Virus record (IMG/VR): IMGVR_UViG_3300045988_129927
Reading direction: 5' to 3' (one strand)
DNA length: 64,000 nt
Source of the DNA: a virus
A program made the position numbers and the translations under genes. How positions within the stretch are numbered: the stretch's first letter is position 1; the number at the start of each line of letters is the position of its first letter. Below, piece by piece: positions 56,210 to 64,000 of the stretch. Below the pieces are notes generated by a model that saw nothing but the letters and a program-made list of their open reading frames with translations, had not been told where the DNA came from and did no database searches.

Positions 56210-56900
56210 ACGCAAAAGATACATAGAAACGAATGGCTTCAAGTACATTCACCACAAACATACAAAGATAAATCTTCTTCATCAGTTCACGTTTGCTAAT
56301 TTCAATACGATGGTAAGATTCCATCAGACCATCTTTTGATTGTTTCTTAATTTCAAAAACACCTTCTCCTAGAAGATTATAATATTGAGAATATTCAATC
56401 AAATCATCGTAGTATTGAGAAATTGCACTTGCGCGTTTCTTAATTTCTTCGTTTACTACAATACTATCAAACTCTTCACTAGGGTCAATCAATACATTAC
56501 GCATGATGTACGTATAAGAGTAAGAATGGATGCCTTCGAAGGCGGTCCAGAATATCGTCCAGTGTTCTAATTCAGGGATAGAAATCAAGGGAAGGAATGC
56601 AATGGATGGACTTCTTCCCTGAATTGCATCCAAAAGTGACTGATAATCCAGATTACGCAAGAAAATATGCTTCTCATGCTCTGGTAAACCTTCAAAATCG
56701 ATACGGTCTTTGGACAAATCTATTTCTTCAGGGCGCCAGAAGAACGACTTTTGCTTTTCTGTTAAATCATTGTATACCTGATACTTAGCTTTATCGTATC
56801 GTTGTAAGTTAATAGATTGACCTAAGAACATTGCTTCTTTAGTAGCATCATTAGGTGTTTGATTAAATACTGAAAATCGTTGTTTTATTTGTTCACTCAT
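56210..56900 (-). CDS. nrdB: ribonucleoside-diphosphate reductase beta subunit, exon 1
   Basis: [14 protein letters not shown]...[11 protein letters not shown]...[10 protein letters not shown]. The TAA that ends the track ORF is the last exon T plus the first two intron nucleotides. Confidence 0.9.
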
Positions 56901-56903
56901 TGT

Positions 56904-56987
56904 TTATTCCTTTTCATCAGTTTGTTGTTGATTTTGTTCGGCTTCTTCACCAAAACGAGGTAATACTTCTTCTACAACTGTACCCAT
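56904..56987 (-). CDS. possible 27-aa acidic leader peptide upstream of nrdB
   Basis: MGTVVEEVLPRFGEEAEQNQQQTDEKE with canonical AAAGGAAATTATAATG context; its stop lies 3 nt before the nrdB ATG. Too short to verify by composition. Confidence 0.35.
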   Translation of the reverse strand: MGTVVEEVLPRFGEEAEQNQQQTDEKE

Positions 56988-57007
56988 TATAATTTCCTTT
57001 AATTTGT

Positions 57008-57793
57008 TTATTTAAAGATACAACTATGTTTAGCTGTAATCTGACCTTTTTTAACTTCTATATTTTTATATACTCCCTCTGGGAGTTCTGTACTAGTTAA
57101 ATAGAAGCTAACTTCATTATCAGATTTATCGTCTTTTAAAAATATAGTAATATACGTATAAGGTATTACTCTTTCAATTTTATTTTCATCTAAATTGTAA
57201 AGTAACTTAGGTGGACTAAACTTTAAATCATTTACTCTCACCATTGGTGGTTTGTATTTATAACCAGATACTTTACATATATCAATAAGATTACTTGTAT
57301 CAAATTCTTGTAAAAACGCCATTTGGTGAATAAAACCCATGTATATGGAATAATCATCCGATGGAGGAATATATTCGCTAACATGAACTTTCTCTACTAA
57401 ATCCATTAGTATTGTAGTATTATAGATAGCTTCTGTATTACTTGATAAAATAATATCGTTTTTTACTTTACGTAATCTTTTCATTAAACCAGTAGATAAT
57501 AAATTATTAAAGTGTATTTTAGATAATAAGTTACCGAGTTTGGAATTAAATGCTAACTTATTACTGATTAAATAATCACCTTTAATTACTTCATCTAACC
57601 CAGGTATAATAAAAGAATAATTGATTTTATTCAAATCTTCTGTATATGGTGATTGTTCTATTTTTAAATTATAAGGTTGTTCAGTTAATTCTTTTAAAAT
57701 ATTATCTGACATCCCAGTATAATAACTAACCATTAACTTGTATTTAGACACATTTCCTATATCTAAATAAATTTCATTCAGTAAATCGCTCAT
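57008..57793 (-). CDS. hypothetical protein (261 aa)
   Basis: ORF in the same-strand string. Confidence 0.8.
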   Translation of the reverse strand: MSDLLNEIYLDIGNVSKYKLMVSYYTGMSDNILKELTEQPYNLKIEQSPYTEDLNKINYSFIIPGLDEVIKGDYLISNKLAFNSKLGNLLSKIHFNNLLSTGLMKRLRKVKNDIILSSNTEAIYNTTILMDLVEKVHVSEYIPPSDDYSIYMGFIHQMAFLQEFDTSNLIDICKVSGYKYKPPMVRVNDLKFSPPKLLYNLDENKIERVIPYTYITIFLKDDKSDNEVSFYLTSTELPEGVYKNIEVKKGQITAKHSCIFK

Positions 57794-57811
57794 CTTGGTA
57801 TTCCTTTCGTT

Positions 57812-58933
57812 TTATCTAATAAAATCATTAATTACACTGTGTTTAATAACCAACTCAATTTCGATGATTCTATCACCAATTACATATTCGATAACTACTC
57901 TAGGAACAACTCTAATCTTACCAAAATTATCTATTCCAGTTTTACAACAGATAATATTAACTATATTAGATTTACTGATACGTGTTGTCTTCTCGGCCAA
58001 TCCACTTGAAGATGTTGTAGTCACCCACAATACTGTACCATTACGTTCATGACTTAACAATGTTTTAATTGAACCATTATATTTATCAATTAGGTTATCC
58101 GATAGTTTAACTGGCACTATATTGTTATCTACTACTTTATCTACAACGTTCATTAATTCTTTTAAGCTATGGTTTATTGTATAAAAGCAATCAAACTTAG
58201 TCCCTGTAAGCTTTTGTACAGATGGACTGTTTAAATACTTATTAATTTCATCACTATTAATCTGTAAAATATAATCACCTAAATATACAAAACTGGATGA
58301 TTTACAATCGAGGCTAAGTTTATTGAACTTAGTTTCTTCTTTAGAGAATTTCTTTATCTCTGAAATTTTATTATTACCAATACCCAAAAGACTACCAATA
58401 GTATCTACTTGGTTATTCTTTAAGATATGTCTAATCCTTTGATCCCATGTTTTACATGTTGTATCAGCAATGCTGAAAACAATATTATCAGTAATCCATT
58501 TTAAGAGTGAATCAATCTTTTCAGAAATCCCATTGCGATGCAAATCACGAATTAAATATTTTAGACTCTCTAATTCTTTAATAAAAATAAAAATACCAGA
58601 GAATTCACCAAATACATTATCTACTTCAACAAGATAATCATCTGTATAAGTAAATTCGTTTTCTTTACCTAGTAATTTATTTAATTTAACTGTAGGAATA
58701 TTAAAACCTGGGTTTTCTTCAATAACGATGTCTGATGCAACATCTTGATTAGGGTCGGTATTTGCATTTAAATACTCAATTAAATCTTTTAATTCATGTA
58801 GCATTTTAGTATTGTAGTCTGATATATCAGATTCTGTAAATTCGACTAATTTACCTTCTACTATACTTTTCTCAATTGACATAAGTTTGAATAACTTAGT
58901 GTTATTTAATTTTTCTAAGAAAGTATTTTCCAT
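57812..58933 (-). CDS. hypothetical protein (373 aa)
   Basis: ORF in the same-strand string. Confidence 0.8.
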   Translation of the reverse strand: MENTFLEKLNNTKLFKLMSIEKSIVEGKLVEFTESDISDYNTKMLHELKDLIEYLNANTDPNQDVASDIVIEENPGFNIPTVKLNKLLGKENEFTYTDDYLVEVDNVFGEFSGIFIFIKELESLKYLIRDLHRNGISEKIDSLLKWITDNIVFSIADTTCKTWDQRIRHILKNNQVDTIGSLLGIGNNKISEIKKFSKEETKFNKLSLDCKSSSFVYLGDYILQINSDEINKYLNSPSVQKLTGTKFDCFYTINHSLKELMNVVDKVVDNNIVPVKLSDNLIDKYNGSIKTLLSHERNGTVLWVTTTSSSGLAEKTTRISKSNIVNIICCKTGIDNFGKIRVVPRVVIEYVIGDRIIEIELVIKHSVINDFIR

Positions 58934-59031
58934 TTCGTTACTCCATTTAAAATAAAAAATAAAGGTAAGTATACACTGGATTAATCCAGTGTATACTCAC
59001 TTAATCCATAATATTTTCAACTACTATATTT

Positions 59032-60057
59032 TTAATCAGCGAGAGCTAATTCGTATACAGTACACGGTAATTCGATATTATCTTCACCTTTTATCTCAAC
59101 TACAGTAAGTGGTAAATGGCCATAAAAAGTATTTTCTTTCTCACTGTATGCTTTTATAAGATTAGATGGGATAAAATGATACAACACACCGTCAGAGTGA
59201 TTAAAAGTAATTTCGATACCGTGTTTCTTTTTACTGTATTTAATAACAATTGCTCGTTCGTTATTATTCAGTAAGAAATCACGTACATTAGTATCAAAAC
59301 CAATCAGTGTATTAGTAATACCTTTTTCTTTATCTCCTATTTGTTTAAGTACCATTGTTGCTAAAATAGGCATAATTCGATTATCTTCTTTTTTATCTTG
59401 GAACGATACAACGAATGTCAAATTACCTTTAATAGTATCGATAATAAATGCAAGTGTTTTATATTGGTCATCATTTAAATCTAATTTAATAAATTCACCT
59501 AGACCAGAAGGAATATATGTTCCGAATAGATTCCTGAGTTTATAGCCACTATTACTATCAACATCGTCGATATTAGCTAGTTTTAACTCCTTAGTAGTAA
59601 GATAGAACATAGTACAAATATTAACGAACTTCTTATAGTATTCTAAGCGTTCTAATTTATCTCCCTCGTATAACAGAGCATCTACGATATCTTCTCTAGA
59701 TGAGCCTTGGTATTCTCTATGTAAACACATAGCGTATATGAATACTTTTCTAAAGACTTCGTAGTCAATTTTCTCAATACCTAATTTATCAAATGAATTC
59801 AATAATTCCATTCCTACTTCGGTATAAGCAAAATGATCGTATTTAGATTTAGTACTAAACATACCGCCATCTGTAAGGAATCCGGTTCTATCCGATAATT
59901 TACTAATGTAAATACGAACCCTATCTTTAAAGTAATAATCGAATTCTAATTTAAAATCTTTAGAATCAGAAATCTTTTTATAATCTTTAAAAAACTCATT
60001 GTACATTTCTTTAATGATTTCAATCATTTCATCGCGTTGTTTTGTATAAATAATCAT
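59032..60057 (-). CDS. hypothetical protein (341 aa), paralog family B
   Basis: The C-terminal region (TNVRDFLL...YHFIPSNLIKA) resembles 60131..61168 (TDIRNLLF...IYCIPDNNIEA). Confidence 0.8.
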   Translation of the reverse strand: MIIYTKQRDEMIEIIKEMYNEFFKDYKKISDSKDFKLEFDYYFKDRVRIYISKLSDRTGFLTDGGMFSTKSKYDHFAYTEVGMELLNSFDKLGIEKIDYEVFRKVFIYAMCLHREYQGSSREDIVDALLYEGDKLERLEYYKKFVNICTMFYLTTKELKLANIDDVDSNSGYKLRNLFGTYIPSGLGEFIKLDLNDDQYKTLAFIIDTIKGNLTFVVSFQDKKEDNRIMPILATMVLKQIGDKEKGITNTLIGFDTNVRDFLLNNNERAIVIKYSKKKHGIEITFNHSDGVLYHFIPSNLIKAYSEKENTFYGHLPLTVVEIKGEDNIELPCTVYELALAD

Positions 60058-60130
60058 TTTAGTTTCCTTTTAATAAGTGTTAAGAAATAGTGAGAGATAT
60101 TTAAATATCTCTCACTGTAATGATATATGT

Positions 60131-61168
60131 TTATTCAATATTTAAAAAAGGAACATCGGACATTCTACACATTAATTTAATTCCTTGATTATAAGAAAAG
60201 TTTTTAATAATGGTATAAGTAATTCCATTTTCCTTTATTTCTGTTGCTTCTATATTGTTATCTGGTATACAATATATTCTAGGATTTACTGGGTCATTTA
60301 CTTTAATAAACCAACTATCTCCTTTACAATCAAACTCTATATAAGCATCAGGTTTATGTTGAAATAATAAATTTCTAATATCTGTATTTAAATTATATTC
60401 TTCATTAACAATTCCTATCTTAGGATTAAGTTTATTTCTGTTTTTAACCCTACTTTTTAATTTATTGAGAAAGATAGTTTCTTTATTACTATCTAAGTTT
60501 AACTCAATTTCAAATGCTTTTTCTTTATCTGGAAAACCATAATTAGATAATATAAATTTACCATTTAACTTATTATCCATCATGCTATCAATATGGAATT
60601 TTAACCTATAGCAGCCTTCAAATTTTTCTACATCAAAGTAACCTAAACACAATAAGTCTTTAATAAAGTATTCACCACTATGTTCATCTTGCACTAGTTC
60701 TCTTTTACGTGAAAAACAATATAAGAAACAGTTTAATTTAAACTCTGCGATTTCATTAAAATAATTATCTATAACTCTATCACGCAATGCTGTAGGGCTA
60801 TCGTATTTCGATTCTAAGATTAATAAGAATCCTAAGTTTAATAGTAATTCCTCTCTATATTGTTCCAGTTCACCATTATGTGTAGTTAATTCTTTCATTA
60901 ATTTACTTAAACCAATATTAACCATATTGACATATCTTTTATAGGTACTTGGTTTAATAAAAGAGAATATTCTAGAGAGTTTAGTTTTAATATTTTCGTC
61001 AATATAGTCACGATACATCTCTATATGGTACACACCAGGATAATTAGGTGCTTCCATTAACTTTAGGTAACTATTATATTCTTTTAAATAGTTATCTCTA
61101 ATTTTAGTAATTACTTCTGAACTATTTACTAAGTCCTCTAATATATTTGTGCTTTCTTTAAATATCAT
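60131..61168 (-). CDS. hypothetical protein (345 aa), paralog family B
   Basis: See 59032..60057. Confidence 0.8.
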   Translation of the reverse strand: MIFKESTNILEDLVNSSEVITKIRDNYLKEYNSYLKLMEAPNYPGVYHIEMYRDYIDENIKTKLSRIFSFIKPSTYKRYVNMVNIGLSKLMKELTTHNGELEQYREELLLNLGFLLILESKYDSPTALRDRVIDNYFNEIAEFKLNCFLYCFSRKRELVQDEHSGEYFIKDLLCLGYFDVEKFEGCYRLKFHIDSMMDNKLNGKFILSNYGFPDKEKAFEIELNLDSNKETIFLNKLKSRVKNRNKLNPKIGIVNEEYNLNTDIRNLLFQHKPDAYIEFDCKGDSWFIKVNDPVNPRIYCIPDNNIEATEIKENGITYTIIKNFSYNQGIKLMCRMSDVPFLNIE

Positions 61169-61463
61169 TTCGTGCTCCTTAAAAATAAGTTAATATAAAA
61201 AGTAATATAAAGAGATATGGTGTAACCCATATCTCTTTATTAACTGTAAAATTATACTAAAGATCGATAACACATGTACCGATAAATGCTACAAAAGTCA
61301 GTACCAGTGAAGATACTAACGTAATGTTTGCTATTAATTCCATCTTAAAAAATCCTTTATGGTAATTTACACAAAATAGTCCAAATAACACCTATGGCTA
61401 AAACCAACAGGATACTGATGATAAAATTAAACATTATACTGTGTTCCAATTTATTGTCCTTTT

Positions 61464-63803
61464 TTAAATATACTTATAAGATAAATCCAAATTACCTGCC
61501 CAAGTATAAATATTTTCTAATAGATTAGCTCGATAATATTTATCTAAAGCTTCATCGACTGTATCTGTAGTAATGATTTTATCTGGTAGAGTTGATTCGC
61601 CTTCAGATGTACATATGTTGTGTAATACTGAGAAAAATACATATTTAACAATTAACTCAATACTTTCTCTATCAATCACATGGTCTGGTAAGGCTTCTAC
61701 TTTCTTCCTTAAATCAGTCATGTAATCCGCATAAGAAAGTTTATTGCGCCAATTCTCACCTCTAAACATCAAAGCATTTTTATCAGATACTTTATTTTTA
61801 TACCTGTGTTCAGTATACTTATCATCTGTTATAAGATTATAGAAATCAGACAATGGAATATTATGTGTATTTCCATTCTTATCCATAGCTTTAGTTAAGA
61901 TAAAGAATGTTTTAAATTCATCGTCTTGTGTAATATTAAGTTTGGTCTTTAATTGTTTTAATGCATTTCCTTTTAATACACCATAGTGTAGATTATTCAA
62001 AGCAGACATTTTAACAATATCAAACATTGCATTAAGTAATGTTTTGTACTTATGTTGTTCTACAGAATAGCGGCTATTAAATTCACGCATAAACCAAGTA
62101 TAACCATTTTTAAGATTATCCAATCCCTCATCTGGTGGTCCTAAGTACTCACCTGGTTTTGGTTCAAATAAACTCCAAATATTAGCTATATAACCTAGTT
62201 CTTCTACAAAACCATATCTAACAAGGAATCTATTGTTAAAATTATTCTCACTTAATATTTCTGGTTCTATGTTTTTATTAGCGATATTTAAATTATCTCC
62301 AGTATAACAATATAGTTCTTTAGACAATAAGGTAAAATTAAAACTATAATCAGTATCCATTAACCTTACTTGGTTTTCATTTAATACATTACCACAACAG
62401 AATATTGGAAAGAAGATATTATCATCAGGTGTAGTAGGTGTTAGAGATACTAAATTACTAATCTTACGACTTAATGAATTAAAGATATATTCGCCAATAT
62501 CTCTATTCGTAATCTCATTATTTGTTTTTATACCTGCACCAGCCCAACGATAATCATATTTCACTGTTTTAAACCAAGGATTTGGGTATGATGCACTAGA
62601 ACTAGATAAATAACCACCACTAAATTTCTCAATATCCATATAAGCTTTAAGTAACTCTTTTAGTTTTCTTACCTGGTTAATAAAAATCCTATTCTCCACA
62701 GACCTTTGTACATCAGAATCAGCGGTACCAAATCCATACCATGGTAAATAGGTACTGGAAATATATACTGCAAATTTAAAGAATGCAGTATTAATTCTAT
62801 TCCAAGCACCATTCTTTTTAATATAGATATTGTTTGGAACATAGTCAACTAATACATCATTAGCATTAGCAATCTTATCAGAACGAGCTAGTCTTGTATC
62901 TATTTCAGACTTAACGACTTTAGGATTTCTATTTTTAAACTTCTTAGCTTGTTCCAATACCTTATTTTTAAATTGATTATAAGGCATTTTAAGAATATCA
63001 AAATAACTAAAATAAATAATAGGATTACAAGTAATTACTAAGTCATCCATATTATCAATAATACCATCAGGCATGGTTCTTTCTGATTTACAGTATTCGT
63101 TATTAATAGCACTATTGGTATTTAGTAGTTTAACTAAGTCAAAGAACTCAGGGGTATACTCTATAGCTGGTTTAGTTTGATTATCTTCTAATCTAGTTTT
63201 ATAAGAAGCTAAGTCTTGTTTAAATTGTTCATTAATTGGAAATAACAACGAATTAACTCTAAAACCAAATTCTTTAACAGAATCCCGATAACTAGGTTTT
63301 AGTTTAGTAGAGTCTCTCAACCAACCTTGAACAATAGCTTCTTCTTTAACTTTATAATCTGCAAAGTTATATCCAAAGAACCCAATAGGAGCATAAGGTG
63401 TATAGCTACCAGCACCTTTAATACCGATGTGTTTATAAATAAGAGGTTCGTAGATTTGCTCACGAATTGAAATAATATCCCTATTACGATCAAAGTTCAA
63501 GTCATCTTCATCGTTAATATTAAAGTCATTCGCTCTATGAATATAATTATTTAAATACATCCTTAATACTTTTGGTAAGACTTCTTTAGATATTCTTTTG
63601 CCATATTCGATTTGTTCTGCTGCTGTATTTATCGTGGGTATACCTTCTTTAATAAAATTCATGATAAAATCTTCAGCTTTTTTATCATAAGCGCTATCTA
63701 CAGTTAATCTAAGCTGTTCATTTACGTAACTTCTAGAGTCTTGTCTTCTGTGGAAATGTTTTTCGTATACTGTTTGTAATATATTGTTTTCACCAATAAT
63801 CAT
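61464..63803 (-). CDS. hypothetical protein (779 aa)
   Basis: Long ORF with AAAGGAATATAAAATG start context. Confidence 0.85.
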   Translation of the reverse strand: MIIGENNILQTVYEKHFHRRQDSRSYVNEQLRLTVDSAYDKKAEDFIMNFIKEGIPTINTAAEQIEYGKRISKEVLPKVLRMYLNNYIHRANDFNINDEDDLNFDRNRDIISIREQIYEPLIYKHIGIKGAGSYTPYAPIGFFGYNFADYKVKEEAIVQGWLRDSTKLKPSYRDSVKEFGFRVNSLLFPINEQFKQDLASYKTRLEDNQTKPAIEYTPEFFDLVKLLNTNSAINNEYCKSERTMPDGIIDNMDDLVITCNPIIYFSYFDILKMPYNQFKNKVLEQAKKFKNRNPKVVKSEIDTRLARSDKIANANDVLVDYVPNNIYIKKNGAWNRINTAFFKFAVYISSTYLPWYGFGTADSDVQRSVENRIFINQVRKLKELLKAYMDIEKFSGGYLSSSSASYPNPWFKTVKYDYRWAGAGIKTNNEITNRDIGEYIFNSLSRKISNLVSLTPTTPDDNIFFPIFCCGNVLNENQVRLMDTDYSFNFTLLSKELYCYTGDNLNIANKNIEPEILSENNFNNRFLVRYGFVEELGYIANIWSLFEPKPGEYLGPPDEGLDNLKNGYTWFMREFNSRYSVEQHKYKTLLNAMFDIVKMSALNNLHYGVLKGNALKQLKTKLNITQDDEFKTFFILTKAMDKNGNTHNIPLSDFYNLITDDKYTEHRYKNKVSDKNALMFRGENWRNKLSYADYMTDLRKKVEALPDHVIDRESIELIVKYVFFSVLHNICTSEGESTLPDKIITTDTVDEALDKYYRANLLENIYTWAGNLDLSYKYI

Positions 63804-63860
63804 TTTATATTCCTTTATTAACTATTAACTATCACAATATTAATTAAAAAAAAAAGAGTA

Positions 63861-63892
63861 ATTACAGAGGTAGGAATTCCTACCTCTGTAAT
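63861..63892 (-). terminator. 32-nt perfect palindrome terminator
   Basis: attacagaggtaggaattcctacctctgtaat, directly after the partial upstream ORF. Confidence 0.6.
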
Positions 63893-63896
63893 CTAT

Positions 63897-64000
63897 TTAC
63901 TTAAATATTACTTGACGCCAATGGAAACGAAGTTTTTTATTGAATCGTTTAACTGTAATTGAATCTTCATTAAATCCAGCTACAGTACCTTCTTCAAATA
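63897..64000 (-). CDS. hypothetical protein, C-terminal end only (gene runs off the window end)
   Basis: The frame is open from the window edge to TAA at 63897..63899 (...FEEGTVAGFNEDSITVKRFNKKLRFHWRQVIFK*) and is followed by a terminator. Confidence 0.4.
   Translation of the reverse strand, partial: FEEGTVAGFNEDSITVKRFNKKLRFHWRQVIFK

Noticed and set aside
1-64000. Search for CRISPR arrays, integrase or attachment sites, rRNA, or a PhuZ-type tubulin (GGGTGSG motif)
   Set aside because: I saw no regularly spaced direct repeats, no recombinase motifs, no rRNA-like sequence and no tubulin signature in any listed ORF. The tubulin is presumably encoded outside this window, if present at all.

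Overview
This 64-kb window is an AT-rich, tightly packed and mostly minus-strand segment of a phiKZ-like, nucleus-forming jumbo myovirus genome. I saw no host-like genes, rRNA, tRNA, CRISPR array or integrase.

Three modules are recognisable.

1. Replication, transcription and nucleus block (about 3.5-16.4 kb). It holds a protein with an SSB-like acidic tail and an Mre11/SbcD-type metallophosphoesterase. It also holds the N-terminal fragment of a multisubunit RNA polymerase beta-prime subunit (Zn-finger plus NGDFDGDQ). That fragment lies directly downstream of a codon-biased 661-aa protein that I interpret as the nuclear-shell protein chimallin. A family-B DNA polymerase fragment carrying only the polymerase motifs completes the block.

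2. Packaging and tail block (about 29.5-42.5 kb). It holds the large terminase, three large structural-looking ORFs, the tail sheath and the tail tube. A free-standing HNH/NUMOD4 homing-endonuclease cassette follows.

3. Class Ia ribonucleotide reductase. nrdA (+) and nrdB (-) are about 7 kb apart, separated by expanded paralogous gene families.

The best-supported hunt result is that the RNR genes carry three related, ORF-less group I introns. One is in nrdA. Two are in nrdB, flanking a 68-nt micro-exon that the ORF track misses. All three sit beside catalytic-residue codons.

Other observations worth a second look:
- two ORF-free, G+C-elevated intergenic blocks (16.95-17.34 kb and 31.87-32.18 kb) that may be structured RNAs or cis elements
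- two homologous small-gene cassettes with an atypically strong AAAGGAGG ribosome-binding site
- a recurring promoter-like TATACTATT box followed by a stem-loop, including an identical 26-mer at two sites
- a histone-H1-like Lys/Pro/Ala/Thr-rich HTH protein
- families of long perfect-palindrome terminators

Most remaining ORFs are hypothetical. Functions were inferred from motifs read by eye only, and no database search was possible.
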